Shown piece after piece: positions 1 through 9,127 of a stretch of DNA of 64,000 nucleotides (positions are counted from its first letter, which is position 1; each line of letters opens with the position of its first letter). The notes under the pieces were generated by a model. That model did not search any database. It was not told the DNA's origin and was given only the letters and a program-made list of their open reading frames with translations. The stretch lies in NCBI GenBank assembly GCA_041650915.1, contig JBAZKE010000001.1:251284-315283 (forward strand), read 5' to 3'. The DNA is from Patescibacteria group bacterium (GTDB lineage: Bacteria > Patescibacteriota > Patescibacteriia > UBA10025 > JAHIVO01). The translations under genes and the position numbers were made by a program.

Positions 1-310
1 CATTGCCTTTTATAGCGGGTTAAACCAGTTCACGCACTTTCGGGCGAATACGTTGTATACGCTGACATTTCGTTTCAAGCTCCCGGCTGGCGCCGTTGAC
101 TTTCGTAGATGCCAGCTGGTGATCTACGATTCGCCAGCGTCGTCAAAGGTATATCGGATTGATGGGATCGAGTGCCCGCAGCACTCGAACTCATACCAGT
201 CCGTGGCCGTTCTGTGATCGTACCGATGCCAACCTTGGTATTGATATGATCCGAATAAGCAAAAGGGCAGTCTCAACAGAGACCGCCCTTTTCTTTTTGT
301 ATGTACAGCC

Positions 311-339
311 TTGCAAAAAGTGGCGGGACGTGCTATAAT
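311..339 (+). promoter_or_regulatory. sigma70-like promoter (TTGCAA -35, 17-nt spacer, extended -10 TGcTATAAT) upstream of first CDS
   Basis: ttgcaa at ~311-316, then 17 nt, then tgcTATAAT at ~331-339; ATG of the 385 CDS lies ~45 nt downstream. Confidence 0.45.
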
Positions 340-384
340 AGCTCTAGGAATACAAAATAAAAATTATCTAAACGGAACGGCAAT

Positions 385-3300
385 ATGAAGAAAGTATTCT
401 ATACTTTTTTTTGTGCACTGGCGGTTTTCGGGGCCGCTAATTTATACGTACCGGCTGCGCACGCCACCTACGGCGACGTAGCGACCTATGCGGGCAGCGT
501 GTACGGCGGCGACGGCGGAGACAAGCTCGATGCGTATTTTGATTTTCCGGAGGACCTGGCGCTCGACACTTCGGGCAACTATTACATTGCCGATACGTAC
601 AACAACGTAATCAGGAAGATTTCTTCGGGCGGGACCGTGAGTACGCTGGCAGGGGGCGGTTCGTACGGCTCTGCGGATGGCGCTTCCACAGCTGCGCAGT
701 TCGCGCTGCCGCGGGGCGTGGCGGCGGGCTCGGATGGCGCGGTGTACGTTGCCGATACCGGCAACAGCAGGATCAGGAAAGTCGCTGCTGACGGAACCGT
801 ATCAACACTCGTGAGCTCGGGGGTTTCTTCTCCATACGGCGTTCGGCCGTACGGCACGCGGCTGTACATCGCCGACTCCGGCAACGGTGCGATCAAGTAC
901 GTGAGCACATCCGGCGGAACGGTCACGACGCTGACGTCATCGCTTTCGGATCCGCGCCGCATGGATATTTCCGATGACGGGCAGACGCTCTACGTCGCCG
1001 ATAATGGCAACCACCGCGTCGTGTCAGTTAATACGACGACGGGTGTCGTTAACGTCATCGCCGGCTCGGGCAACTCAGGGTACGTTGAGGGTATCGGCAC
1101 GCTCGCCCAGTTTGAGAACGTGTGGGGCATTGCGCTCGACGGCGGCTACCTGTACGTATCAGACCACGACGGCTGGACGGTCGACCGGATCAGGAAGATT
1201 AATCTCGCGACGCGGTCGACTTCGCTCGTGTACCAGGATACGCGCCAGAATGAAATGATTTACCCCTCGGGCGTACTCGTAAACGGCGATTACGTTTATA
1301 CCGTGAATGCCGGCCTCGGCACAGTACACCGTTTCAACAAGAATAACGGATCCGACAACAGCTTATTCGCGGGATCGGACCGGTTTGGCAACGAGAACGG
1401 GGATATTGATGGCGCACTCTTCGGGCGGCCGAACGATATGGCCATGACAGCAGACGGGAAGTACCTGTACGTTGCCGACAACAATAAGATACGGAAGATC
1501 GATACCAGTGCGGGAACGGTCAGCCACGTGATCGGTTCGAGCGTTGACAACTACCGGGGAGAGGGGACTGATTACGATGAGCTGCCGGTCCGTTTTTCTA
1601 CGATCCAGGGCATAACGGTCAATGCAGCCGGTACGAGGCTGTACATTGCCGACCGGTGGAATAATAGGATACGGGGCGTTAACCTGACCGCTGATCCGAT
1701 TAGCACGTTTCTCGTATCAGGCGCCGGGCTCATCAATACGCGCGGTGACGATAATAACGGGTACCTGGAGGGGACGCGGTGCTCGGAAGACATTCAGACC
1801 ACGGGCGCATCGGGCTGCTCCTACTTCAGGGCGCCGACTGGAATCGTGATTGATCCGACGAATACGTACCTATACGTTTCAGATACCGGAAACAACAGGA
1901 TCCGGAAAGTGCGCATATCCGACGGCCAGACGTGGCTCGTTGCGGGATCCGGCGAGGCGGGGTACCTGAACGGCATCGGGTCGTCAGCCCGTTTTAACCG
2001 GCCGTTCGGGCTCACGATCGACGCGACCGGGAGCAACCTGTACGTCGCGGATACCAACAACCACGTCATCAGGAAGATTGAGCTCTCGTCAGGTACGGTG
2101 AGTACAGTGGTCGGCAATGGCTCTGCGGGATACCGCGAAGCGATCGGCACCGACGCGGTGCTGTCGTACCCCGAGTACGTCAAGATGTCAGCTGACAATC
2201 AGCTGTATTTTTCCGATACCGGCTCGCAGCGCGTCCGCGTGGTCGATCCGTCAACGCGGCTGACAAAGCTCGTCGCAGGCTCCGGCACGCGCGGGTATAA
2301 GAATGGGGCAAAGGAGTCAGCCCAGTTCAATAATATTAAGGGGCTGCAACCGAGCGCGGACAGCACTCTTCTCTACGTTGCCGACATGTGGAACGACGCC
2401 ATACGGCGCGTCGACGTCGAGGGTGAGGCACCGTATTCTGAGCCGGCACCGACGCTCTCCGCCATTTCCCCGAGCGAGGTCAACCCGGCATGGGATAAAG
2501 GTGCAGGCTTGCACGTGAAGGTTGAGGGCGGAAACTTCCAGCACGGGCTCATCACGCTGTTTGGGAATGCGGAGGCAGAGATCACGTACGTCCAGTCAGC
2601 AACTTCTCTGTCCGTCCGGCTGCCGCTCACCAAGATGAATCCCGGCTGGTACGACGTGACAGTGCGATCGCTCGACGGCCAGGAGGCAACGCTTGAACGG
2701 TCGCTGGGGATCACCAACAGCGCCGGCGTTACACCGGACGTGTACTACGAATACTCCGGCAAGACTGCCGGAACGATTTCTTCGCCAGGATCGTACAGTC
2801 CGCCGATCGCGGAGGGAACATCATTTTTTGCGTACTCTTCATCGCTCCGCGGCGGATACCACACCGGAGCCGGCAACCTGTTGGGGAGCAATGATGAGGA
2901 AATTATCGTCGGTTCGGGCGACGGCATGGCGCCGCACGTTCGGGTGTTTGATAGTACGGGCACCCTGAAAGCCCAGTTTTTCGCGTACGATTCATCGCTC
3001 CGCAATGGCGTTATCGTATCGGCTTGCGATGTGAATGGAGACGGCATGGAAGAGGTCGTTACCGCGCAGGGACCGGGGGGGTGGCCGCTCGTCCGCATTT
3101 TCGACGGGTACGGTACCGTGGTCAACGACGGTTTCTATGTGCTCGACGGCAAGTACACCGGGGGGGTGAACCTTTCGTGCGGTGATACGAATGGCGACGG
3201 CATATCGGAGATCGTCGTCGCGGCGCAGGCGGGCGGCGGTCCGCACGTGCTCGTGTATAACGTCGACGGGAAAATTTTAACCAATTTTATGGCGTACGAT

Positions 3301-3744
3301 CCAAAATTCCGCGGCGGAATCAACGTGACAACCGCTGACGCAGACGGCGACGGCAAAGATGAGATCATTACGGGCCCACAGATCGGGGCGTCGCACGTCC
3401 AGTTTTTCCAGATACGCCCGAATGAGCTTAAGCGCCTGTCACCGGGCTTCTACGCATTCAATCTCGACTACCGCGGCGGCGTATCTGTCGCTGGCGTGGA
3501 TACGGACGGCGACGGCACTAAAGAGGTGCTCGTCGGCGTCGGCGAAGAGGCGTCGCCGCTCGTCCGGGTTTTCAATATCCACGAGGAGCTGCAGAAGGAG
3601 TTTTACGTGTACACGACAACGTACCTCGGCGGCGTTAACATTGCAGGCGGTGACGTCGATGGTGACGGCGCAGACGAGCTCATGACGGTACCGAGGTCGG
3701 GTGGCGGGCCCAACGTCCGCGTCATTAACGTCGATGAGGTGTAG
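385..3744 (+). CDS. secreted NHL-repeat beta-propeller / FG-GAP (integrin-alpha-like, Ca-binding) repeat protein with an IPT/TIG-like middle segment
   Basis: N-terminal signal peptide MKKVFYTFFCALAVFGAANLYVPAAHA. More than 10 NHL-type repeats (YIADTYNNVIRKI, VYVADTGNSRIRKV, LYIADSGNGAIKYV, LYVADNGNHRVVSV, LYVSDTGNNRIRKV...). The C-terminal third has six FG-GAP-like repeats with DxNGDGxxEvv calcium-binding loops (DVNGDGMEEVV, DTNGDGISEIVV, DADGDGKDEIIT, DTDGDGTKEVLV, DVDGDGADELMT). No membrane anchor. Confidence 0.7.
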   Translation: MKKVFYTFFCALAVFGAANLYVPAAHATYGDVATYAGSVYGGDGGDKLDAYFDFPEDLALDTSGNYYIADTYNNVIRKISSGGTVSTLAGGGSYGSADGASTAAQFALPRGVAAGSDGAVYVADTGNSRIRKVAADGTVSTLVSSGVSSPYGVRPYGTRLYIADSGNGAIKYVSTSGGTVTTLTSSLSDPRRMDISDDGQTLYVADNGNHRVVSVNTTTGVVNVIAGSGNSGYVEGIGTLAQFENVWGIALDGGYLYVSDHDGWTVDRIRKINLATRSTSLVYQDTRQNEMIYPSGVLVNGDYVYTVNAGLGTVHRFNKNNGSDNSLFAGSDRFGNENGDIDGALFGRPNDMAMTADGKYLYVADNNKIRKIDTSAGTVSHVIGSSVDNYRGEGTDYDELPVRFSTIQGITVNAAGTRLYIADRWNNRIRGVNLTADPISTFLVSGAGLINTRGDDNNGYLEGTRCSEDIQTTGASGCSYFRAPTGIVIDPTNTYLYVSDTGNNRIRKVRISDGQTWLVAGSGEAGYLNGIGSSARFNRPFGLTIDATGSNLYVADTNNHVIRKIELSSGTVSTVVGNGSAGYREAIGTDAVLSYPEYVKMSADNQLYFSDTGSQRVRVVDPSTRLTKLVAGSGTRGYKNGAKESAQFNNIKGLQPSADSTLLYVADMWNDAIRRVDVEGEAPYSEPAPTLSAISPSEVNPAWDKGAGLHVKVEGGNFQHGLITLFGNAEAEITYVQSATSLSVRLPLTKMNPGWYDVTVRSLDGQEATLERSLGITNSAGVTPDVYYEYSGKTAGTISSPGSYSPPIAEGTSFFAYSSSLRGGYHTGAGNLLGSNDEEIIVGSGDGMAPHVRVFDSTGTLKAQFFAYDSSLRNGVIVSACDVNGDGMEEVVTAQGPGGWPLVRIFDGYGTVVNDGFYVLDGKYTGGVNLSCGDTNGDGISEIVVAAQAGGGPHVLVYNVDGKILTNFMAYDPKFRGGINVTTADADGDGKDEIITGPQIGASHVQFFQIRPNELKRLSPGFYAFNLDYRGGVSVAGVDTDGDGTKEVLVGVGEEASPLVRVFNIHEELQKEFYVYTTTYLGGVNIAGGDVDGDGADELMTVPRSGGGPNVRVINVDEV

Positions 3745-3816
3745 CCAGCGGGCTGGCATTATCCGATTGCATGCGCTATACTGATTGACTATTACTAAAT
3801 AATTAACAACCATGCT

Positions 3817-6087
3817 ATGCATCACAGTGAGAGTAAGGGAGCGTCGATAATTCCGGCCGTTTCGATCATTCTGGTCGCACTCCTTATCGGCGGCGGCCTT
3901 TTCTGGTACTCCCTTAATAAGGAAATCGTTTTTCCAGAGACCAACTTGGCTATGACCGGCGGCGCGCCGATCGCTGGAACCCTCGCGTACCAGCAGGGCG
4001 ATGTTTTTGTTTTATTCGCCTCGGGAAGCGAGTGGGAGCAGGCTGAGACGGATACAGTCCTCCATGCTGGGGACAGCGTACGGACAGGCGATGCGTCGAC
4101 AAATCCAAAAGCAATTATCGATCTGGAGATGGGCGATACGATCCGGCTCGGATATGGCACCGAGCTGTCGTTCTCTGCGCTCAAGCAGGATAAGGTCACG
4201 GTCTCTCAGGTCACGGGAGCAATTTACAGCCGCGTCGCGAAGCGGAGCAGGGGCCTGTACGAAGTGCAGGTCGGCGATGTGAGGATACGGGCGCTCGGAA
4301 CCGCGTTCGACGTCGTCATCGACGGCAAGGAGGTTGGCGTCAACGTCGTTGAGAGCACGGTTGCCGTGGTTACCGATGCGGGGCAGCAGAGGGTAGAAGA
4401 GGGAAGCTCAGCTACCATTGATAGTGACACGAAGGATCTTAGCGTAACATTGATGGATCAGTCAGCATTGGATAATGAATGGTATACCTGGAATAAAGAG
4501 GAGGATTCAAAGACAAACCGCGATCTTGGCATCCTTGAGCAGTTTGCCGGGCCGGATGTCGACGTTACGAGCCCTGCAGACGGCAGCACGGTAAAAACTG
4601 CAACGGTCACGGTAAGCGGGACGGTGAGTGATTTTGAAGCAACGGTCACAGTTGGCGGAGCGGCAGTCGTGAACAGCGCCGGGCAGTTTACCCATGAGGT
4701 AGAGCTTGTTTCCGGAAAGAACGTCATTTCCGTTACAGCCCAGAATGCCGAGGGGTACCGGACAGTAAAAGAAATCAAGGTGACGTACGCCGAAGACATT
4801 CCGGCAACTGCGACGCCCATCGAGGTATCCGCAGAGACAGGAGCGGACGGCGTTTCCCTTTCCTGGAACCAGTCATCGGGCACTGTGTTCCAGTATTATA
4901 AAGTAGTCAGGTCAGAGAGCAATCCGGAGCCAACCTATCCCGACGACGGCTACATTGCGGTATTGAACAAAGGAGACGAGCGCTATACTGATACTGAGGT
5001 TTCAGCGGATAAGACGTACTACTACCGCATTTGTGAAGTCATGGCCGAGGGTGAGGTTTTTTGTTCGAACGTGGTGCATATGAAAGGCAAACAGCAGCAG
5101 GAACAAAATGAGAACCAGAATCAGGGTGAAACCCAGAATCAGGAGCAGGAGCACAATCAGGAGCAGGCGACGGAGGCAGGGCTGTCGCTCTCGGCCACCG
5201 CAGAGTCGGATGGGGTGCACCTTAGCTGGACGACCGGCGGTCTCGACGTTTCAGGAGGATTCAAGCTCGTGAGGGGCACTGCGGCTAATCCGGTGTATCC
5301 GGGAAATGACTATCAGTATCTCTCGGACAGTTCAGCGCGAAGTTATACCTGGGCGCTTACCGACGGAAAGACGTATCACTTCCGCGTATGCCAGTACAAT
5401 GGTGAGGGGACGTGCCTTTCTTACAGCAACAATGTCGAGCTGACTGCGTATGAGCAGCCGACACCCGAGATAAGCCTCATCATGTCAGCGACGCCGGAAG
5501 ATACCGGTGTCGGGCTCTGGTGGTCGGATGTTTCTGCCATGTCGGGGTTTAAGTACTATAAGGTTGTCAGGTCAGAGACAAACGCTGACTTGCGGTACCC
5601 GGACGACAGCTACATCGCGGTCAAGTCAGCGGGGGAGGAGAGCCACCGCGACTACAGCGCGGTCAAAGGGACGCCGTACTTTTACCGCATTTGTGCGGTC
5701 GGTGATGCGATTGTGTGCAGCAACGTACTCCAGATAACCCCGATCCATACGAATGCTGCGCCGACAGCCGGTACGCTCTCGGGGTCGTTCAGCGGCGGAC
5801 AGCTCACGCTCTCCTGGACCGCATCAGGCGAAGCTGACTTTAAGTACTATAAGGTCGTATGGTCCCAGGCCGATTCGACGCCCGTCTATCCGACCGATGG
5901 GTATATCGGAGTGATTTCAGATGCGAATACGGTAACGTTTACCGATGATGGCGAACCCGCTGGATCGAGAAAAGACAGCGTGTGCCTGAACTGCACGACA
6001 AACTACTACGCCGTGTGCGTCGTCGATTCCCAGAGCCAGGTTGCTTGCAGCAATGCGGTCACGCTTTCTGGCGGGGCGGTCCAGTAA
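3817..6087 (+). CDS. membrane-anchored FecR-domain protein with a Q/N/E low-complexity linker and three or four ~100-aa FN3-like repeats
   Basis: One N-terminal TM helix (IIPAVSIILVALLIGGGLFWY). FecR-like segment (VLHAGDSVRTGDAS...IDLEMGDTIRLGYGTELSF). Linker KGKQQQEQNENQNQGETQNQEQEHNQEQ. Tandem internal repeats, each with the signature (F)QYYKVVRSE...YYYRICEV / FKYYKVVRSE...YFYRICAV / FKYYKVVWSQ...NYYAVCVV. Confidence 0.6.
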   Translation: MHHSESKGASIIPAVSIILVALLIGGGLFWYSLNKEIVFPETNLAMTGGAPIAGTLAYQQGDVFVLFASGSEWEQAETDTVLHAGDSVRTGDASTNPKAIIDLEMGDTIRLGYGTELSFSALKQDKVTVSQVTGAIYSRVAKRSRGLYEVQVGDVRIRALGTAFDVVIDGKEVGVNVVESTVAVVTDAGQQRVEEGSSATIDSDTKDLSVTLMDQSALDNEWYTWNKEEDSKTNRDLGILEQFAGPDVDVTSPADGSTVKTATVTVSGTVSDFEATVTVGGAAVVNSAGQFTHEVELVSGKNVISVTAQNAEGYRTVKEIKVTYAEDIPATATPIEVSAETGADGVSLSWNQSSGTVFQYYKVVRSESNPEPTYPDDGYIAVLNKGDERYTDTEVSADKTYYYRICEVMAEGEVFCSNVVHMKGKQQQEQNENQNQGETQNQEQEHNQEQATEAGLSLSATAESDGVHLSWTTGGLDVSGGFKLVRGTAANPVYPGNDYQYLSDSSARSYTWALTDGKTYHFRVCQYNGEGTCLSYSNNVELTAYEQPTPEISLIMSATPEDTGVGLWWSDVSAMSGFKYYKVVRSETNADLRYPDDSYIAVKSAGEESHRDYSAVKGTPYFYRICAVGDAIVCSNVLQITPIHTNAAPTAGTLSGSFSGGQLTLSWTASGEADFKYYKVVWSQADSTPVYPTDGYIGVISDANTVTFTDDGEPAGSRKDSVCLNCTTNYYAVCVVDSQSQVACSNAVTLSGGAVQ

Positions 6088-6111
6088 CGATACTGCGTTT
6101 AAAAGAAAGGA

Positions 6112-6142
6112 GGCAGCCTGTCGGAAGGCAGGCTGCCTTTTT
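6112..6142. terminator. bidirectional rho-independent terminator between convergent genes
   Basis: ggcagcctg (6112-6120), 8-nt loop, caggctgcc (6129-6137), then ttttt. Sits between the + CDS ending at 6087 and the - CDS ending at 6158. Confidence 0.6.
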
Positions 6143-6157
6143 GTTGAATTTTGATTT

Positions 6158-7300
6158 CTATCCCTCATACGCATAGCGATTGACCGGGATCAAACCTCGG
6201 TACGCCAATATTGCCTGGCGTGCGAGAGATTGCATCTCGAGATCCTCGGCATTCACGCGATTGATGGGGATCACGTCCTCAAGGTACACGTAAACGCCTT
6301 CCGTCAGCTCGGCAGCTGCCGTCATCTTGCCGGACCAGTAGAGCACGTCTGCATGGAAACCGATGTCGACGAGCCGCTTGCCGACCTCCTCGGCAATCCG
6401 CAGGTACCATCGGTCGAGCACTTCCAGCACTTCTTCATTGCCCTGGCGGGCGAGTTTGATGATGTCCTTGAAATCGGTAACGCCGAGGTGGCCAAGGTGG
6501 CTCATGAGGCCGGAGCGCTTGAGCAAGAGTTTCGCAATTTCACCGAAGTCCTTGCCGTCATTCCTCGCGAGGTCGTGGATATACCGGGCGAAGTCGAGCG
6601 ACGGCACGTCACAGCAGCGCGTGATTCCCGGAGGGCCGATCTGATTGGGATTGCTCACCGCGATGATTTTGCCCTTGCGAACAGCTGCGATGCTGAATCC
6701 GCCGCCTCCGGCATAGATGAAGATGCCGTTCGCTTCGCAGGCGTTGATTCTGTTTTCTTGTGCCCAGGAAGCGATCATTTCCCGCAGCGCAAGGTAGTGG
6801 CCGTGTGATTCGATCGGCAGCCCTTTGATTCCGCTCATCTTGCACGCCTGGTTGTAGGCAGGGTCTTCGCCCGAAACGGGATCTGCGAAGAAGACGTTGT
6901 CCTGGATGCCGAGCTCCTGTGCGACTGCAAAGCCGTCGGTCGGCGCGTTGTTGCATACGTGAATCGTGCCGAAGTGGCCACGGGCGCATGCTCTCAGCAC
7001 CGGCTCATCGACCCGCGTAACACCGGGAAGCGCGTTGACTAGGATAGCGCCCCGTGTCGCGATCCCGCACACGGCCAGTGTGCCGGATGGGTCTGGCAGT
7101 TTTTCGGCAATGAATTTAATGTAGCGAAGCAGCGATGACTGGCGGTCGCCTGCCGCCGCATTGTCCGGAAATTCCAGTACGCGTTTGTCGATAAATTCAC
7201 CATTGATTGGAAATTGATCGATATCCGCGGTAAAAACTTCCGCACTGGTGGAGCCGGGGTTATAGCCGATGATAACCCTGCACGTTTTACTTTCTGACAT
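6158..7300 (-). CDS. buk: butyrate kinase-family (ASKHA superfamily) acyl-kinase
   Basis: N-terminus RVIIGYNPGSTSAEVFTAD matches the butyrate kinase ILVINPGSTSTKIxxxD motif. Internal IFIYAGGGGFSIAAVRKGKIIAVSN matches LIVVHMGGGTSVGTHKDGRVIEV. About 380 aa, typical length. Strong SD (aagGGAGGAcatacgATG) and a TTGACG-17-TACAGT promoter upstream on the minus strand. Confidence 0.65.
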   Translation of the reverse strand: MSESKTCRVIIGYNPGSTSAEVFTADIDQFPINGEFIDKRVLEFPDNAAAGDRQSSLLRYIKFIAEKLPDPSGTLAVCGIATRGAILVNALPGVTRVDEPVLRACARGHFGTIHVCNNAPTDGFAVAQELGIQDNVFFADPVSGEDPAYNQACKMSGIKGLPIESHGHYLALREMIASWAQENRINACEANGIFIYAGGGGFSIAAVRKGKIIAVSNPNQIGPPGITRCCDVPSLDFARYIHDLARNDGKDFGEIAKLLLKRSGLMSHLGHLGVTDFKDIIKLARQGNEEVLEVLDRWYLRIAEEVGKRLVDIGFHADVLYWSGKMTAAAELTEGVYVYLEDVIPINRVNAEDLEMQSLARQAILAYRGLIPVNRYAYEG

Positions 7301-7520
7301 CGTATGTCCTCCCTTGGACTATGGGTTGTGGGATAGTAGGTTCTTTTTTTGTATCCGATTACTGTATCAGAGGTTGAGCCGTTCGTCAATCAAAAAACCT
7401 CTCCGCACAGAGCCGCTGGGTAAGCGGTGTGGTTACAAAAAAATTCCTGCAGGTTTAAAGGGATTTGGCGCCGACGCGCTTCTTGTGCTGCATTCGCGCG
7501 CGTAATTAACGGCGTTGCGT

Positions 7521-7660
7521 ACGCCAAAACAGAGCGGACCCAAGGGGATTTGGTTCCGGGGTGCTCGGGCGGTTCCCGCATCCTCGCACCCGTGCTCGCG
7601 GTCGCGACTCAAGCAGGTGAGTCGCTTATTCCGCTCGCACCCCCTGATCTCTTCAGTTAG
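7521..7660 (-). repeat. degenerate partial copy (variable loop + T-arm + acceptor 3' strand) of the adjacent tRNA-Asp, split by a ~80-nt GC-rich hairpin insertion
   Basis: Minus-strand reading: AGATCAGGGGG-[~80 nt insert]-CCCCGGAACCAAATCCCCTTGGGTCCGC, versus the intact tRNA AGATCAGGGGTCCAAATCCCCTTGGGTCCG. Confidence 0.45.
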
Positions 7661-7694
7661 ATTTTAGAGGTTAAGAGAATACTTCAAAACTAAG

Positions 7695-7769
7695 CGGACC
7701 CAAGGGGATTTGGACCCCTGATCTCCTCCGTGACAGGGAGGCGTGTTAACCGGGCTACACCATGGGTCC
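7695..7769 (-). tRNA. tRNA-Asp (anticodon GTC), 75 nt, CCA not encoded
   Basis: Minus-strand cloverleaf read by hand. Acceptor GGACCCA/TGGGTCC, U8, D-stem GTGT/ACAC with D-loop AGCCCGGTTA (A14, G18G19, A21), G26, anticodon stem CCTCC/GGAGG with loop CTGTCAC (U33, GUC, A37, C38), variable AGATC, T-stem AGGGG/CCCCT with loop TCCAAAT (C at position 55 is atypical), discriminator G73 as expected for Asp. Confidence 0.7.
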
Positions 7770-7799
7770 GCTTAGTTTTGAAAGTCAGATTCGTTCTAT

Positions 7800-7895
7800 C
7801 GTGTTATTGAGGAGGCATGCCTGCCCCGCCGTATGGCGGGATTAACCGGGCTAGTTCTCCCGTCGAATGACGGGACACCATGGGTCCGTTCTGCT
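7800..7895 (-). repeat. degenerate partial copy (acceptor 5' strand + D-arm) of the adjacent tRNA-Asp, with a 21-nt hairpin insertion in the D-arm and a diverged downstream part
   Basis: Minus-strand reading: GGACCCATGGTGT-[CCCGTCATTCGACGGGAGAAC]-TAGCCCGGTTAA followed by diverged sequence with the hairpin CCCGCC-ATAC-GGCGGG. Compare the intact GGACCCATGGTGTAGCCCGGTTAACAC. Confidence 0.4.
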
Positions 7896-7907
7896 GGTGA
7901 AGATTCG

Positions 7908-8252
7908 CTATTTAACTGCTTTTTTCACGATCGCTTCGAATGCTTTCGGCTCGTGCTCCGCGAGCTCCGCGAGCATTTTTCTGTTGAGCTCAATCTTCGC
8001 GTTTTTTAGCGCCCTCATGAATGTGCCGTACGTCATGCCGCGCTCGCGAGCTGCAGCGTTGATCTTGATATTCCAGAGGTTTCTCGTTGTCCGTTTTTTC
8101 TTCCGGCGGTCGTTGTACGCGTGCACGCCTGCCTTTATTGCTGCAACCTTGGCGAGTTTTGGCTTACTCTTCCGCCCCCAGCGGTAACCTTTTGTCTTTT
8201 TGAGGAGGTTCTTCCGCCTTTTCAAATGTGATATTCCGCGTTTTACTCTCAT
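7908..8252 (-). CDS. rplT: 50S ribosomal protein L20
   Basis: MRVKRGISHLKRRKNLLKKTKGYRWGRK...NDRRKKKRTTRNLWNIKINAAARERGMTY is the canonical L20 sequence. Gene order infC-rpmI-rplT. Confidence 0.9.
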   Translation of the reverse strand: MRVKRGISHLKRRKNLLKKTKGYRWGRKSKPKLAKVAAIKAGVHAYNDRRKKKRTTRNLWNIKINAAARERGMTYGTFMRALKNAKIELNRKMLAELAEHEPKAFEAIVKKAVK

Positions 8253-8257
8253 AGTTA

Positions 8258-8464
8258 TTAGCCGTAGGGCGTTAGCTTTTTAATCGTTTTAATCTGCGTT
8301 TCATGCGCTGGAATGTCCCTCCGCTTGCGCATGCTGATCACGCCGGACTCTCTCGCATTGAAGTGGTCCTGCCCGGATTGCCTGCGGAGTACCTTGCGTT
8401 TGGACTGCGATCCTGTGAATTGGAACCGCTTCTTAGTCGCTTTGTGTGTTTTAAGCTTTGGCAT
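8258..8464 (-). CDS. rpmI: 50S ribosomal protein L35
   Basis: The internal Met gives MPKLKTHKATKKRFQFTGSQSKRKVLRRQSGQDHF, the L35 family signature (MPKxKT...KRF). The ORF-track start at 8527 is probably an over-extension. Confidence 0.85.
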   Translation of the reverse strand: MPKLKTHKATKKRFQFTGSQSKRKVLRRQSGQDHFNARESGVISMRKRRDIPAHETQIKTIKKLTPYG

Positions 8465-8551
8465 AGTATGTTTCGTATTGGTTGAATAAGTAGTAACCAG
8501 TATACTGCAATACCGCCGCGGTGTCACGGCAGCTTGCTTGAGCCGCGCGGC

Positions 8552-9040
8552 TTACTTTTTTCCGACGAGCAGCGAGAGCCGCCCTCCCTGCCGGCTGACC
8601 GGCTGTTCGATGGCTACGCTTGCCGACTCCGAGAGCGAACCAACAAACTGCGTCATCATCTCCTGTGCGCGGTTTGCGTGCGCGCGTTCTCTGCCGCGGA
8701 GGATGAGCTCAACCTTGACCTTGTTGCCCTTCTCAAGGAATTTAAGCGCCTGATTTTTCCTTAGTTCGAGATCGTGCGGGCCGATCTTCAGCGAGATCCG
8801 CACGCCTTTGATCTCAACTTTCTTTTGCTTCGCTTTCTGCTTGCGTTCTTTCTTCTCCTGCTGGTATTGGTATGCTCCAAAGTCCATGATTCTGCATACA
8901 GGAGGTTCCGCGAGCGGGGATACCTCAATGAGGTCGAGCTCACGTTCGTGCGCGAGCTGGAGCGCGCGGCGTGTGTCCATGGCGCCGAGCTGCGCGCCCT
9001 CGTCGTCGATCACCATTACCTGCGGAGCCTTGATCATCAT
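8552..9040 (-). CDS. infC: translation initiation factor IF-3
   Basis: ...IKAPQVMVIDDEGAQLGAMDTRRALQLAHERELDLIEVSPLAEPPVCRIMDFGAYQYQQ...GRERAHANRAQEM matches IF-3 N- and C-domains. The ORF-track start (9151) overlaps the tmRNA 3' end and is almost certainly too long. The real start may be a non-AUG codon; an ATT lies at ~9101-9103. The first in-frame ATG is listed here. Confidence 0.8.
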   Translation of the reverse strand: MMIKAPQVMVIDDEGAQLGAMDTRRALQLAHERELDLIEVSPLAEPPVCRIMDFGAYQYQQEKKERKQKAKQKKVEIKGVRISLKIGPHDLELRKNQALKFLEKGNKVKVELILRGRERAHANRAQEMMTQFVGSLSESASVAIEQPVSRQGGRLSLLVGKK

Positions 9041-9127
9041 GTTGGCGCGGAGCCGCTTCTTGATAACGAGCTTCGGGGGTCGTCGTCTTCGTCTGCTGCT
9101 AATGGTCGTGGTGGTTAATGATTTTTT

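Noticed and set aside
5090-5175. Short CAG/AAT-rich nucleotide repeat
   Set aside because: It simply encodes the Q/N/E low-complexity linker of the FecR/FN3 protein. Not a CRISPR or independent repeat element.
7500-7900. Possibility that the structured, repeat-containing region is RNase P RNA, SRP RNA or 6S RNA
   Set aside because: None of the conserved motifs is present (RNase P GGAAAGUCCGGGCUCC / P4, SRP domain IV GGAA...AGCAGCC). The region resolves cleanly into one tRNA plus two half-copies.
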